A DNA stretch of 64,000 nt from Macrostomum lignano (Eukaryota), in NCBI GenBank assembly GCA_002269645.1, contig NIVC01000323.1, positions 124,001 through 188,000 of the forward strand, in the 5' to 3' direction. Position 1 is the first letter of the stretch, and every line of letters begins with the position of its first letter. A model generated the notes under the pieces. It was not told the DNA's origin. It searched no databases and saw nothing but the letters and a program-made list of their open reading frames with translations. The position numbers and the translations under genes were made by a program. Positions 36,295-49,663 of the stretch are shown here, in pieces.

Positions 36295-37500
36295 AAAGAA
36301 GCGTCATGTAAAAATCATAGAAGCGTCATATAAAAAATCATAGTAGCGTCATATAAAAATCATAGATGCGTCATTTAAAAAATCATAGAAGCATCATATA
36401 AAAATCATAGATGCGTCATTTAAACAATCATAGAAGCGTCATGTAAAATATCATAGAAGCATCATGTAAACCATCATAGAAGCGTCATGTAAACAATCAT
36501 AGAAGCGTCATGTAAAAAATCATAGAAGCGTCATGTAAACAATCATAGAAGCGTCATGTAAAAAATCATAGAAGCGTCATGTAAACAATCATAGAAGCGT
36601 CATGTAAACAATCATAGAAGCGTCATGTAAACAATCATAGAAGTGTCATGTAAACAATCATAGAAGCGTCATGTAAACAATCATAGAAGCGTCATGTAAA
36701 CAATCATAGAAGCATCATGTAAACAATCATAGAAGCGTCATGTAAAAAATCATAGAAATGCCATGTAAAAAATCATAGAAGCGTCATGTAAAAAATCATA
36801 GAAGCGTCATGTAAAAATCGTAGAAGCGTCATATAAAAATCATAGAAGCGTCATGTAAAAAGTCATAGAAGCATTATATAACAATCATAGAAGCGTCATG
36901 TAAACAATCATAGAAGCATCATGTAAAAAATCATAGAAATGCCATGTAAAAAATCATAGAAGCGTCATGTAAAGATCATAGAAGCGTCATGTAAACAATC
37001 ATAGAAGCGCCATGTAAAAATCATAGAAGCGTCATGTAAACAATCATAGAAGCGTCATGTAAACAATCATAGAAGCGTCATGTAAAAAATCATAGAAGCG
37101 TCATGTAAAAAAATCATAGAAGCGTCATGTAAAAAAATCATAGAAGCGTCATGTAAAAAATCATAGAAGCGTCATGTAAAAAATCATAGAAGCGTCATGT
37201 AAACAATCATAGAAGCGCCATGTAAAAATCATAGAAGTGTCATGTAAACAATCATAGAAGCGTCATGTAAACAATCATAGAAGCGTCATGTAAAAAATCA
37301 TAGAAGCGTCATGTAAACAATCATAGAAGCGTCATGTAAACAATCATAGAAGCGTCATGTAAAAAATCATAGAAGCGTCATGTAAACAATCATAGAAGCG
37401 TCATGTAAAAAATCATAGAAGCGTCATGTAAACAATCATAGAAGCGTCATGTAAACAATCATAGAAGCGTCATGTAAAAAATCATAGAAGCCTTATTTAA
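36295..37500. repeat. 22-23-bp minisatellite (ATCATAGAAGCGTCATGTAAAAA), about 50 copies
   Basis: Direct reading. Confidence 0.95.
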
Positions 37501-38412
37501 AAACTAATGAAAGTGTCATTTAAAAAATTAAGTAGCATCATGGTAGAATAAAAGAAGCATCATTTCAGACATGAAAGGTGTCATGTAAAAATTAAATGCA
37601 GCTATAATGCTGTGCTGGGGAGAAAAACTGAGACGTCAAGGCTCTCAGAGAATAACTGAGATTATGGGGGGGGTTTCTGTGATGTCAAAGCAAAAGTCAG
37701 AAGCTACTTCAAAGTTTATGTACTTTATTTAATTTTTTTATTGCATTCTTTGTTGGCTTGCCACCGGGGGGGGGCGCTGATAGAAGAAGAGTCATGTAAA
37801 AAATAAAAGTAGCACTACATATACATAAAAGAAAAGTCATGTCGAAGTTAAAAGATTCATTTGGGAATTGGAAATTGAGGTCAAAGCTTGGTGAAATCGT
37901 TATAGTGCTGTGATTCTTAAAGAAGGAATCACTAAAATGTCAAGGCTTAGGGGAAAAGAATTGCTGAGATTTCAAGGCTTTAGGTTGGGTTAAAGTTAGG
38001 TTTAGGTCAGGTGTGGGTTGAGGGTTATATTTTATCAGGTTTCAAGGTCAACAGAATAACAGGGGATTTTTTAGATTTCAAGGTTTATGGGGGCCATCGC
38101 TGACATGTTAAGGCTTACGGGGGGAATAGCTGAGATGTCAAGGCTCACGGGGGTATAAATGAGATTTCAAGGCTAAAGTCAGAAGCTACATGTAGTTTAT
38201 TGAAAATTTTTTATTACATTATTTGATGCCTCCTCAGGGGAAGGATCGCTGATAGAAAAAATGTAATGTAAAAAAATAAAAGAAGCTTCATGTCGAAGTT
38301 AAGAGATTCATTTGGGAATCCCTACGATGTCGAGGCTTGCAGGGAATCGCTATAATGCTGTAGTAGTGCTATAATGACTCTTAGAGAGAATTATTACTGA
38401 AATTTCAATGCT

Positions 38413-38456
38413 TTAGGGTTAGGTTAGGGTTAGGGTTAGGCTAGGGTTAGGGTTAG
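38413..38456 (+). repeat. Short interstitial (TTAGGG)n-like tract
   Basis: TTAGGGTTAGGTTAGGGTTAGGGTTAGGCTAGGGTTAGGGTTAG. Confidence 0.7.
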
Positions 38457-39754
38457 AAGGTTGACAGATATTTTTAGATTTCCAAGGCTTATTGGGGGCA
38501 TTGCTGAGATGTCAAGGGGGGGAGTTGATATGTTAAAGCTTGTGGGGGGGGGAATTACTGACATGTCAAGGCTTACAAGGTTTGACAGAAGATTTTTTTA
38601 AGATTTCAAGGATACCTGTAGCTTATTAAAAAAACGTGTATTGCATTTCTTTGGCTCCCCAATGGGGGGCGTAGATTGCTAGTCAATAGTCTATATTAGA
38701 CTAGTTAATAAATGAAAATAAAATTCAACCAACCCCACAAATTGCAAGCCCATCACGCAAAGGATAATAAAACTCCTTAACTTTATTGTGAATGTACATT
38801 CTACACTGTACATTGGCCAAGGAGAGGCCTAAATGGTTGAACTGAGCAATTAAATTTAGAAACAGGGTGCCTATAAAAAGCATTAAAATTTAATCATTTT
38901 TTGAATATTTGACCTACTTCCAACTAAATTTTTTCATAAAAAAAGTTAAGCATGATTACCAAAAAATTAAAAACTTTTTAAAGGATAATTTGAAAAAATC
39001 AGCTAGACGGTTCTTGAGAAAATCAATAACAGACAAACAGCACACAATTAGTATATAGATTTAGTTACTATGTAAATAATGACAGTACTATTTATATAGT
39101 ACCATGCAAATAATAAGTGTTGTTTTAGAGAGGATAAGGGAGTTAGGAGACATGCTATGCAACAACTAGACTCTGACTAAGATCTCAATCTCAATCTCAA
39201 AATTTTGAGACTCAGCCTTTTTAAAGGTAGGTCATTTCAAGAAATTCTCAAAATTTTAAGAATGGGCTTGGAATTTGAGAACAGTCAAACAAGATTGAAT
39301 TCAATACAGAAGTTATAAAAATATTGTGAAGATGTGATGCCATATTAAGAATATCCTTAGCCCAATCAACTGACAGCCAATAAGTTGGTACACAAACTCT
39401 AGCATAGCCTGTGGGCCCTTGGCAGTGATGCCTTTGAGCTCCAAGCAAGAGGCTCCAGCTTTGCATATGCCTGAACTAATGCAGCCTTGAAATAGTCGCT
39501 TCTAGCCACTAGCACATTTTTATGCATAGGAAACTGGACATGGCATTGACATATTTTTTATTTGCTTCAATAGAGTTCTAAAGCATTTATTGCTTGATTT
39601 ATTTCTATTTTAATTGCCAAAAACTTGGCGAATCCATATTTTTATCTTTAGAGTATATAAATAACCTTAAGATAAGATGTTTAAGCTTTAAAAATAAAAA
39701 AATATATAAAGTACTTCTAATTTTAGAATAAATTTTCTAATTTCTTCAGAGTCA

Positions 39755-39930
39755 AGACTGAAAGGTCGTGGGTTCGATTCTCGACCCAGTTGTAAAAATT
39801 TGTGTCCTTGAGCAAGACACCTAACTCAGCATTGTTTCAGTTCACACAGCTGTAAAATGGGTGCCAGCATTAGCTGGGGTAATTGAGGGTGTGTGTGTAG
39901 CGATCCCCCAGTCCTTCGACTGAACAGCCG
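39755..39930 (+). mobile_element. 5'-truncated copy of the tRNA-derived SINE
   Basis: GACTGAAAGGTCG.GGGTTCGA..CTCGACCC and CAGCTGTAAAATGGGTGCCAGCATTAGCTGGGGTAATTGAGGG are shared with 20969-21186. Confidence 0.75.
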
Positions 39931-39999
39931 TATGCAGCTGTTAAAATTATTAAATTTTCAATGAAATTATAAAAATATTGATGCTTCACTGCGCCTTAT

Positions 40000-41208
40000 A
40001 TGCCGCCGGTCTCTAAAGCTTCATCAGGCGTGTCACCCACCGCCGCGGCCCGCCTGAAACAGGATTATAGTCGCTTAAAGCGCGACCCCGTGCCCTTCAT
40101 CAGCGCCGAACCACTGCCTAGCAACATACTCGAATGGCACTACGTCGTTGAAGGCCCCCCGGATTCGCCATATCACGGCGGATTCTATCACGGCAAGCTG
40201 GTATTTCCCAGAGAGTTCCCGTTTAAACCGCCCAGCATCTACATGATCACACCCAGCGGTCGGTTCAAGGTGAACAGCCGGCTCTGTTTGAGCATCTCGG
40301 ACTTTCATCCGGACACTTGGAATCCCGCCTGGTGCGTCAGCACTATTCTGACTGGATTGCTCAGCTTTATGTTGGAGAATACGCCTACGTTTGGCAGCCT
40401 GCAGACCTCAGACGCTGATGTGAGCTCTAATTTGTGTGCTTCATTGAGTTCTCTGTGTGATTGACTTTTGATTAATCACCTGCTGACCCACACTCACTCA
40501 CCTGCTGACACACACTGACTCACCTGCTGACCCACACTCACTCACTTGCTGATCCACACTGACTCACCTGTTGTGTTGACCCACACTGACTCACCTGCTG
40601 ACCCACACTGACTCATCTGCTGACCCACACTGACTCACATGTTGACCCGCACTGACTCACTTGCTGACGCAAACTGACTCACCTGACCCACACTGACTCA
40701 CCTACTGACCCACACTGACTCACCTGACCCACACTAACTCACTTGCTGACCCACACTGACTCACCTGACCCACACTGACTCACCTGACCCACACTGACTC
40801 ACCTGACCCACACTGACTCACCTGACCCACACTGAATCACCTGCTGACCCACACTGACTCAAACTATTTTATTCCAACTTCCCTCATCAGAAGCGGCGCC
40901 TGGCGGCCCAGAGCACAGAATTCAATCTGCGAGACGATCGATTTCGCGAATTATTCCCAGAATTGGCTGAGAAACTGCAGCAGGAAATATCCGATGCTCA
41001 GCAGCAGCAGCAGCAGTTGAAGCAGCAAGGCTCGGCCAGCCAGACAGTATCCAATGGCAACAAAAATTCGGACAAAGCCAACAATGGAAATGGCGGCCCA
41101 ATTGATCAGCAACAAAATTTTATAAGCCTATCCAATGTCCTGCTCATTGCATGCGTTGCTGTGCTCTGCTACGTGGCTCGCTCTGTTGTCACTAGCATGA
41201 ACGATTGA
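40000..41208 (+). CDS. UBE2J2: ER tail-anchored ubiquitin-conjugating enzyme E2 J2 (Ubc6). Exons 40000-40419 and 40891-41208; 245 aa.
   Basis: RLKQDY..., LEWHYVV.GP..SPY.GG.YHGKL.FP.EFPFKPPSIYMITP.GRF...RLCLSISDFHPDTWNPAW. A phase-0 intron GTGAGC..ATCAG is followed by KRRLAAQS..FNL.D..FRELFPE and a C-terminal hydrophobic anchor. Confidence 0.93.
40480..40862. repeat. 18-21-bp intronic minisatellite (CTGACCCACACTGACTCAC)
   Basis: Direct reading; lies in the UBE2J2 intron. Confidence 0.9.
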
Positions 41209-42312
41209 TTATTATTGAATATGGGACATCCATTTATTGTACTATTAGTAATCTTATCGGGTTGGTATATGCGTTACTATAGCTCGATAGGTTTGTAAAA
41301 TGCAACTTGCTTCTTTCTATATATAAATTCAGTTTATAAAGTTATTATCGATACATATCGACGATATTTCAGTAACGGGTTAAGTATTTTAACTTAATAA
41401 TGATGGTTTCAAAACGAATTTAAATTAAATCTAAAAAATGCTGCTGCAAAAAAGTTGACTATAAACGTTTTTTCGATACATATCGGCAAATATTTCTTTC
41501 AGATGTTTTGCTGCCGCAAAAATAATCCAGAATTTGATGCAGATTTTTTATTTATTAGAAAGATCAATTCGTATTTTTTAAAGTTATGCAAAGACTGTAC
41601 TTTTTGTCTGTCTCTGCATCAGTTTGTGTGGGATTCGAACCCAGGTCCCTCACTGACCCTAAAATTGGTTTGGTGCCTGCCTTGTCGAATAAAGCATCAC
41701 AAGTTTTTATTTCAAAACGCCGCTTACACTACTTAATAAACATCGTCAGTAGTGTTAAATGCAATTAAAAACAGTAAAACTTGCGAGGAAGATTTATTGT
41801 ACTTTAATGAGGCCTCTTCATGGCCTTTCGGGTAATCCGAAAGAAACTACCCATTTCGAAAAATCTGCCCTCTTTTGCTTTTTATGCTTGTTGAAAGAAG
41901 CAATGTCTGTGGCTGCATCTCAGTTGAGTTTTTCGTGTCTTTATTAACCAAATTATATTTTTTGCGTTGTCACTTGTCTTAACATGCGGTGTAAAGCTAT
42001 GGATTGATAATAAATATGAATATTTATAGCTGCAACATTTGAATTTTATCTTTTCAAATACTTGCTTAAAATGGAAATTTGTTTTTGCTTCACAAAGAAG
42101 CTCTGAAATTGTCTTTTTTGTTGGCAAAATAAATATCTGATGACAGAATTCAAGTTATTTTTATTTCGTTTAGAGCTTGTAGTTTAGCTAATAGTTAATG
42201 TTCGACTTAATCACACATGGGTCTTGCAGTCACTTCCGCTAACTCGCTCAGCTGCAGGTGATGCGCTGTGAGCTACACAAAATAGAAGTTGTCAACGTTG
42301 ACGAACTGAATT

Positions 42313-43650
42313 TTGCAAACAACAGCAGACGCTGATGAAGCTAGATTCGGCAATTTTCAGCTGTTAGATTTTAAAAGAAGGTTAAGGTTTAAAAAGAAGC
42401 TGGTGAAAGATATTTGTGAATTCAGTTTTTTCGGTACGTTTCAGGCCAGCTCTTCTGACCGTCAGCAGTCGCCGCAGGCGCTGCACCAGCAACAGCCAGC
42501 AGGTCAGCGTGTCAGAAAGCTTCCAGCTTGGATGACCGACGACCGAAGCGACGTTGAACCAGGTCACGTGACCGCTAAGCGCTACCGCTGCCTGCAGTTT
42601 GACGATTTCATGGAGCAAAGCTTGCCGCTGCTTGCACCGGATAGGCCGATAGTGTATATCGATAGGCCGCGTCAGCTGGACGTCTGGTGCGGCCGGGTGT
42701 TGTCGCAGTTGGATAGTGATCCCACTGGGCCTGCCGTGGCTTGCGGATTCGATATTGAATGGCCCGTCTTTAACTCTGATCAGGGTCGAGGGCAGATTTC
42801 CGGTCCAAATCAAGGTCAAAGTCAAGGTCAACAAAGCGTGTCTCACGGATTAGACCAGAGTCAAAGTCAACATGTCGCGTCTCATGGAATAGACCAGAGT
42901 CAAGGTCAACAAGTCGCGTCTCATGGAACAGACCAGAGTCAAGGTCAACAAGTCGTGTCTCATGGAATAGACCAGAGTCAAGGTCAACAAGTCGTGTCTC
43001 ATGGAATAGACCAGAGTCAAGGTCAACAAGTCAGGTCTCATGACAAATGCCAGAAGGAACCAAATATTTCCCTTTCTCAAAGTCGAGGCCAAGGAGACGG
43101 TCTCAATTCGGACCCTAGTTTTAAAGAAAAGTCTCAAGACACGGGTGAAACTTCTGTGTCCAGAACTACGTTCTTTAGTCTAACCCAGGATGGACGCTTT
43201 TCACGTACCGCCCTGCTGCAGCTGTGTCCCGCTATTGAGCCACCCTGTGCAGTGTTAATTCACTTTGCTCGTGGCGGCGCACTGACCCAGCCAACACCGA
43301 CTTTAAATAGCCTACTGACCCATCCGCGCCTAGTCAAGGTTGGCCTGTGCATCCAAGGCGATTTAAAGAAACTTTGCCGCGATTTTCCCCACCAAATATC
43401 CTCCGAGTTGTTGTTGAAGCCTTCCGGTTGGGTAGAGCTCAATAGTCTCGCTAAGCAGCGGTTAAAACTGTCAACTCAGTGGAGCTTGAACGGTCTGGTT
43501 CAGCACTTGCTTGACAGTCGATTGGACAAGGATCGAAGTATTCGCTGCTGCGATTGGGCCGCGGTGCCCTTGACTGCGGAGAGGCGGCGGTACGCCGCTC
43601 TGGACGCCATCGCGTCGCTGCTCATCTACGAGTCTTTAGCTAAGCGGTAG
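42313..43650 (+). CDS. Stand-alone WRN/EXD-type DEDDy 3'-5' exonuclease; 5' end uncertain
   Basis: GFDIEW (ExoI), ALLQL, KVG..IQGD..KL.RDF (ExoII), SLNGLV..LL...LDK..SIRC.DW...PLT....YAALDA (ExoIII); N-terminal RKLPAWM. The ORF starts at TTG, so an upstream exon is likely. Confidence 0.85.
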   Translation: MQTTADADEARFGNFQLLDFKRRLRFKKKLVKDICEFSFFGTFQASSSDRQQSPQALHQQQPAGQRVRKLPAWMTDDRSDVEPGHVTAKRYRCLQFDDFMEQSLPLLAPDRPIVYIDRPRQLDVWCGRVLSQLDSDPTGPAVACGFDIEWPVFNSDQGRGQISGPNQGQSQGQQSVSHGLDQSQSQHVASHGIDQSQGQQVASHGTDQSQGQQVVSHGIDQSQGQQVVSHGIDQSQGQQVRSHDKCQKEPNISLSQSRGQGDGLNSDPSFKEKSQDTGETSVSRTTFFSLTQDGRFSRTALLQLCPAIEPPCAVLIHFARGGALTQPTPTLNSLLTHPRLVKVGLCIQGDLKKLCRDFPHQISSELLLKPSGWVELNSLAKQRLKLSTQWSLNGLVQHLLDSRLDKDRSIRCCDWAAVPLTAERRRYAALDAIASLLIYESLAKR

Positions 43651-43716
43651 GAGCGGAGAGTGATGGTAGCATCCTGCTGATTGGCTGACTGCTACTGAGC
43701 ACAGGGACTGGGTAGA

Positions 43717-43839
43717 ATGTATGTGTCTGTCTGTCTGTGTCTGTCTGTGTGTCTGTCTGTGTGTCTGTGTCTGTCTGTGTTTCTGTCTGTGTGTCTTTCT
43801 GTGTGTCTGTCTGTCTGTGTGTCTGTCTGTCTGTCTGTG

Positions 43840-43902
<63 letters not shown>

Positions 43903-43933
43903 GTGTGTCTGTGTGTCTTTTTGTGTGTCTGTG

Positions 43934-43980
<47 letters not shown>

Positions 43981-44210
43981 TTGTCTATCTGTCTGTCTGT
44001 TTGTCTGTCTGTCTGCCTGTCTTAGTTGTATGTCTGTCTTAGTGTCTGCCTCTCTTAGTGTCTGTCTGTTTGTCTGCCTGTCTTAGTGTCTGTCTCTCTT
44101 AGTGCCTGTCTGTTTGTCTGTCTATCTGTGTCTGACTGTATGTCTGCCTGTCTGTCTGCCTGTCTGTCTGTCTGTCTATCTGTATGTTTATCTGTCATGT
44201 GTTTTTCGGT
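43717..44210. repeat. (TCTG/TGTG)n compound microsatellite
   Basis: Direct reading. Confidence 0.95.
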
Positions 44211-44932
44211 TTGTTTATTAGTCTATTTTGTCTCTTTGCTTCTGGATTTCTGTTTTGTTAATATGTCTGTCTACATGTACATGTCTATCCTCTCCACCTG
44301 CACCTGTACTTTAGTTGTGCATTAGTGTCAGCATTGGCTAAATCGCCTGTCAGACTATCTCCCTTTTCCTGTCAGTCAGTTTTTGTAGGCTTTAACGATT
44401 TGTAATAAAAGCCATACTTTGTGTCCAGGAATCCGCGCCTCAACTTCTAACGCTTAATGTACATCTATATTTAGCATTTAGCCGAATTGCATTGATTTGT
44501 TTTGTTTCAAACAGCACAGATAGTTGAAATATTCATTTGTATTCAGTGTCGATTCGTAAAGTCATTTGAATTATAACTTGATAACTTGAATCTGCACTGT
44601 AAGTCAATCATCGTATGTGATAAATAATGCGTTCTGTTTTACGAAATCGCTTATTTAAATTAATTAAAATTTATTTTTGACTTTCCGTTTCAATATCAAC
44701 GACGTTTGTACGAGCTATGTCGCCTCACTAATAAAATAATAAACAGATACATTAACATTGACCATCTCTTCGAATCTACTTTGAGCTATTTTTCTCAAAA
44801 AAAAAATAAAATGCTGGTTCTGTCCGCTTTTTTACTACTTTCTACATTTAGTAGTATGATTCAGACGACATAAAAATTGGTAGAAAGTAATGCATTTTAA
44901 AAACTATTTCAGCTAAAGCTAAACTTCAAAAA

Positions 44933-47900
44933 ATGCTTGGCGTGATTCGCGAGTTGATAAAATCTAAAGGGCCTATCACGGTCGCAGAGTACTTTAAATT
45001 GGCGCTCACCCATCCTGAACACGTGAGTTTGCAAAACTGAAATTTGTGAATCGAATCGTTATTAATATTTGCGCCAATTTCTATGTAGGGCTATTACATG
45101 AATAAGGACGTGTTTGGCGTTAAAGGCGATTTCACCACGTCGCCAGAAATTTCCCAGATGTTTGGCGAGGTAAGTTAGCGAATTGTATTTGAGAACTATT
45201 GAAATTGAAAACCAGTGTTGAAGAACCAGAAAGCTTTTTTGATGGCCTTAAGTTTCATATGATACCCTGGGGCCTGAAGGCCAAGCGTTTGGCACCTGAA
45301 GCCCCTTTTAACCTTGTGAAGACCCTTTAGACACTGAAGAATTTTATACATCGTGAAGACTCTTTAGTCACTTTGTAGATCCTTTAGACACCCTGAAGAT
45401 CCTTTAGACACCCTGAAGATCCTTTAGACACCCTGAAGATCCTTTAGACACCCTGAAGATCCTTTACACACCCACACCCTGAAGATCCTTTACACACCCA
45501 CACCCTGAAGATCCTTTACACACCCTGAAGATCCTTTAGACACTCTGAAGATCCACTGACTGACTGAAGATCCATTTAGACACACTGACTGAAGACCTTT
45601 AGACACACTGACTGAAGACATTTAGACACACTGACTGAAGACATTTAGACACACTGACTGAAGACATTTAGACACACTGACTGAAGACATTTAGACACAC
45701 TGACTGAAGACATTTAGACACACTGACTGAAGACATTTAGACACACTGACTGAAGACATTTAGACACACTGACGATCATTATTTAGACACCCCGGAGACT
45801 GTTTGGCGCTTCCGACCTTTTGCCTTTGACCTTTGGTCTTTTGACACCCAGATAACCCATATGACACGCTGCAGAAAGATTTTAAATGTCTTCTGGTGCC
45901 CTGAAGACCAGGTTTTGACACCCTTTTCGGCACACCCAAAATCGACATGTAATTTCGCACAACACTGCATAGCAAGCATACCATTTTCACATCCGTAAAC
46001 GGTTACCGTCCAACTCCTTAAAAACCAGCTAATAGCGGTGTGGATCGCCAACGAGCACGCCGAGTCGCGAGATCCCCGTCCGTTGCACCTGGTCGAGCTT
46101 GGCCCGGGTCGCGGCACCCTGGCCTCTGACGTCACCAGAGTGGCCACCAAGCTGCCGCAGCTTCGCAGCGCCCTGAGCGGTCGCCTCTTCCTCTTGGAGG
46201 TCAGCCCGGCTATGCGCGCTATTCAGCGACGTGTTCTACTATCCGGTCGTCCTTCCGACGCTTTGAATTCAGATGATACAACGGAATCTTCGTCTCCGAC
46301 TAGCGTTAATAACGACAATTGGCGCGAATTTGAAACTGCTAACGGATTTCGCGCCTCCTGGTTGGACAGTTTGGAGCAGCTGAGTAGTCAAGCCGATGGA
46401 CCGTGCTGCTTTTTAGCGCACGAGTTTCTTGATGCACTGCCAGTTCACAAACTGGAGAGGGTAAGAGGGCTGAGATGAATCACTCATTGTTGTTAGTCTG
46501 ACAGTGAAGTTTGGTCACTGCGGTAAATCAAGAAGGAGACAGCACTCATGCCCATTCCGCTGACCCATTGAGCGCGAACACGAATAGGTACGTAGACAGC
46601 TGGCAGACGCTCACACAGGACGTACAGCGGCCCAGACTTTATAATGTCAGACATACTGCATGTACACTTCATGTGCCTTTGCTATTGGCCCTTGAGGATG
46701 TGAATGGCACGGCAACCCCCGGCCAATTTTTCTTGCTCAAATATGAAATAAATATTATTGCACTCGGACAAGCGTCGAAACCTAAGGACATCAATGTAGA
46801 TACGCTAGTAAAATGAATACATCTAACGCTACCGCTCTGTTACCGTGCCTCCCATGCTATTGATTGTGACTAATTCCCGAGGTCTGGGCCTGGGATGACG
46901 TCATCATATGTCAGCTGTGCCGTGATTGGCCACTGAGTGGGGTGGGTGTATCGGCTGGGAAGAATCAAATTTTATCATTAGATACTGAATTTGAAACAGG
47001 TCACAAAACTTTGCAGGTGGAGATGAGGTGCGTGCAATGGGTGCAAGAGGTCAACCGTTGAAAAATGTTGAAAAATGAACCCTGACAAGAATCGCGAAAG
47101 AAGAGTCATTGCAAATAACTCACTAGGGGCTCTAGCGACGAGAGGCGACTGCAAATATTGTAACCGTCCTAAAGAGTTGTTGTGTTAGTGATTAGCTCTA
47201 CTAACTACTTTCTACTAACTCAAGTAGACTAATAAATTGAGTTGTTATAAATGCGAAATCCGGTTCGAATTCATAAAGTGACGCAACTCAGTGATTCTGC
47301 AGCGACTCTGGCGCGCCTCAGATACCACTCTACGCCCCAGAGTCGTTTCAGAGTCGCAGACAAAACTTCAGTAGCTGACGCTTTCAAAATTTTGAGAAAA
47401 TTCCCAAAACGTGAAGTTCCATACAGTTTCTCCCTTTAACGTTGTTACAAGCATAAACCCCTGTCTCCACCTTGTCAGCTACCCAGCGGCGAGTGGCGCG
47501 AGGTTCTCATTGACGTCTGCTCAAACGCCGGACTCAAATATCGCCTCTCGGACTCACCGCCGCCGTCCGACCTACTCGCCTGCATTCGCTCCAACGAAAC
47601 CCGTCGCCACATTGAAGTGTCGCCAATGTCGGGTGACTTTGTTGACCAGCTGGCCCGTCACGTGACCAGTCAGGGCGCCGGGTTCGCCCTGCTCGCCGAC
47701 TACGGCTACGACGTTGCGAATCCGGACGAGCTGAAGACGGACACTCTCCGCGGCTTCCGCAAGCATCGAGTTCGCGATCCGCTGCTGGATCCTGGAGAGT
47801 CCGATCTAACGGCCGATGTGGATTTTGATTATTTAAAGCGCAGGATTGCGCGGCTCGGCCTGCCAGGGCTGGCCGTGTTCGGGCCGAGTCCGCAGCGCGC

Positions 47901-48120
47901 CTTCCTGCTGCAGATGGGAATCGCAGCCAGGCTGTCAGCTCTGATGTCCAGCTCAAGTGCCAGCTCAGAGACTCGGCGAAACCATTTGAGCGCCGCTAGG
48001 ACACTGCTGGAAAGCATGGGCCAGCGGTTTAAGTTTCTCTGCATCTCCGGCTCGCCCGGTCGGTTGCTACCCGGTTGTCAGGCGCCGCCCGGTTTTCTAC
48101 CTGAGACCAAGTTTACTTGA
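44933..48120 (+). CDS. NDUFAF7: Mitochondrial protein arginine methyltransferase NDUFAF7 (MidA). Exons 44933-45022, 45089-45169, 46029-46460, 47479-48120; the targeting-peptide exon may lie upstream.
   Basis: GPITVAEY..ALTHP|GYY...DVFG.KGDFTTSPEISQMFGE|LIAVW...VELGPGRGTL..D...HEFLDALPVH|...WREVLID...ADYG...DTLRGFRKH...DPGESDLTADVDF...Q..FL..MGI..R...MG.RFK. All introns are GT-AG, phase 0. Confidence 0.93.
45320..45780. repeat. Two adjacent related 20-23-bp minisatellites in NDUFAF7 intron 2
   Basis: GAAGATCCTTTAGACACCCT units followed by GACTGAAGACATTTAGACACACT units. Confidence 0.9.
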
Positions 48121-49663
48121 AGCAGGCAAAGGTCGGAAAATTTTTTTTAACGTAAAGGGCCAGATAAAGAATCTAGCTCATGGCCGAGGTCCAGGTGACA
48201 GATGAATGGAAGAAAAGAGAGAATATGAAAAAAGAGAGGAAAAATGAGAAGAGGGCAGAAGAGTAGGCCGGACTGGAGTTTGTTGGCCCCTGACTTTAGG
48301 CAATCAACTCCCGATCCATTGCTTTCGTCAGTTACGGTGATAATTAAGAGCAAACAGCAGTTGGAATCTTATAAAATCAGAGCAAATGTCAATCTTTTGA
48401 CTCCGGGCTTAGTAGCGGACTCATCAGGCAGTTGACAAAATGCCCGAGTGCACGTCTGACATTGCTAGTAGGGTTACCTGCAGCGTTAGCAGGTGCACTC
48501 CTGCATTCCTGGCAAGTCTGTCTGAGACTTGTTTGAATAGGACGTACGTACCAGCATCACTCTGATTTTAAATTAACTCTTGAGATAGTTGTATAGTTTG
48601 TCCCGTGGATGGCTGTGGGCCAGTGGGGAAAAAGAATAGGGAATTGATAAGAGAGATAGGAAACAGAGAGTCGAGGCAATAAAGTAGAAAAGAGGAGACA
48701 AGACGAGAGAAGAGATTAAATTAAATAGAAGAGAGAGAGAGGAGAGGAGAGGAGAAAAGACCAGAAGGGAGATTAAAGAGAAGAGAGGGCCGGATAGAGA
48801 GGCTTTGCCGACCGCATGTGGCGACTCCTGGCTTAAATTACCAATTTGAATGATAAAAAACAATGGTCTCTGCATGATTTACTACCATATAACAGTCTAT
48901 GTATATCCTAGATGTTTTCAATGACCTATAGCTTCAACATCACTCTTGCATCAGTTGTTTTCAAGTAGCTATGAAACTACAATTAAGCTCGTAATACCTG
49001 AATATTGCTTTTACTATTGCAAAAGCATTTATCGTTGTTTACAACTCGTAGCTATTGTCAATTGTTTGTCAATGTTAAATGTCTGCGAACCTAACATACT
49101 AAATCTTTGGAAAATGCACGTGCATATACTCGTATATTCGGGCACCTTTCTATTGTCAGTGATTTTGCATTGAAAGTGCATGATCTTAGCAGTAATGCTT
49201 AAAACTAGTTAGAGATACTTTATTTTCTGTTTTAGCTATAGCTATATGATTTATTACCTGTAAAACTGAGCTCATTTTCATTTTAAAATTCTTAACGTAC
49301 GTAAGGTCCTCACGTAGATCTCTCGTAGTAGTCCTGACTATAACAAAACTAAAAATAATGCTAGTTATAAGAGTTCGCAAGTTTTGTGACCGCTCTTTTC
49401 TTTTCGTACACTGATCCGCGGTCGGGGGGTTAGTTACATTTTCAAGACACATTGCTTCATTGTGTACGCTTGTGTTGGAGTGGGGGGTACGAGCACTCTT
49501 TCTTAGAAGAAAATAGAAGTTCAGTTTGATGCGCATTTTAACTCAGTAGTGTCTCGTCCCGGTATATGTATGGGTCTTGGTAGCTCGTCCCCGTCCAAAG
49601 CGACTAGCAAGCAAAGTTTCTGTGAGACTCTCTGCTCGAAATCTGCCGCAACTCAAAGCAAGC

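Larger units (their letters stand above)
35520..38682 (+). mobile_element. Non-autonomous Helitron-like element carrying a minisatellite
   Basis: 5' A|TCCTATATACTAAAA with a TCTGTCTGTG microsatellite (the first 162 bp are tandemly duplicated). 3' hairpin GCTCCCC-AAT-GGGGGGC, 8 nt spacer, then CTAG|T. Insertion is between A and T. Confidence 0.6.
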
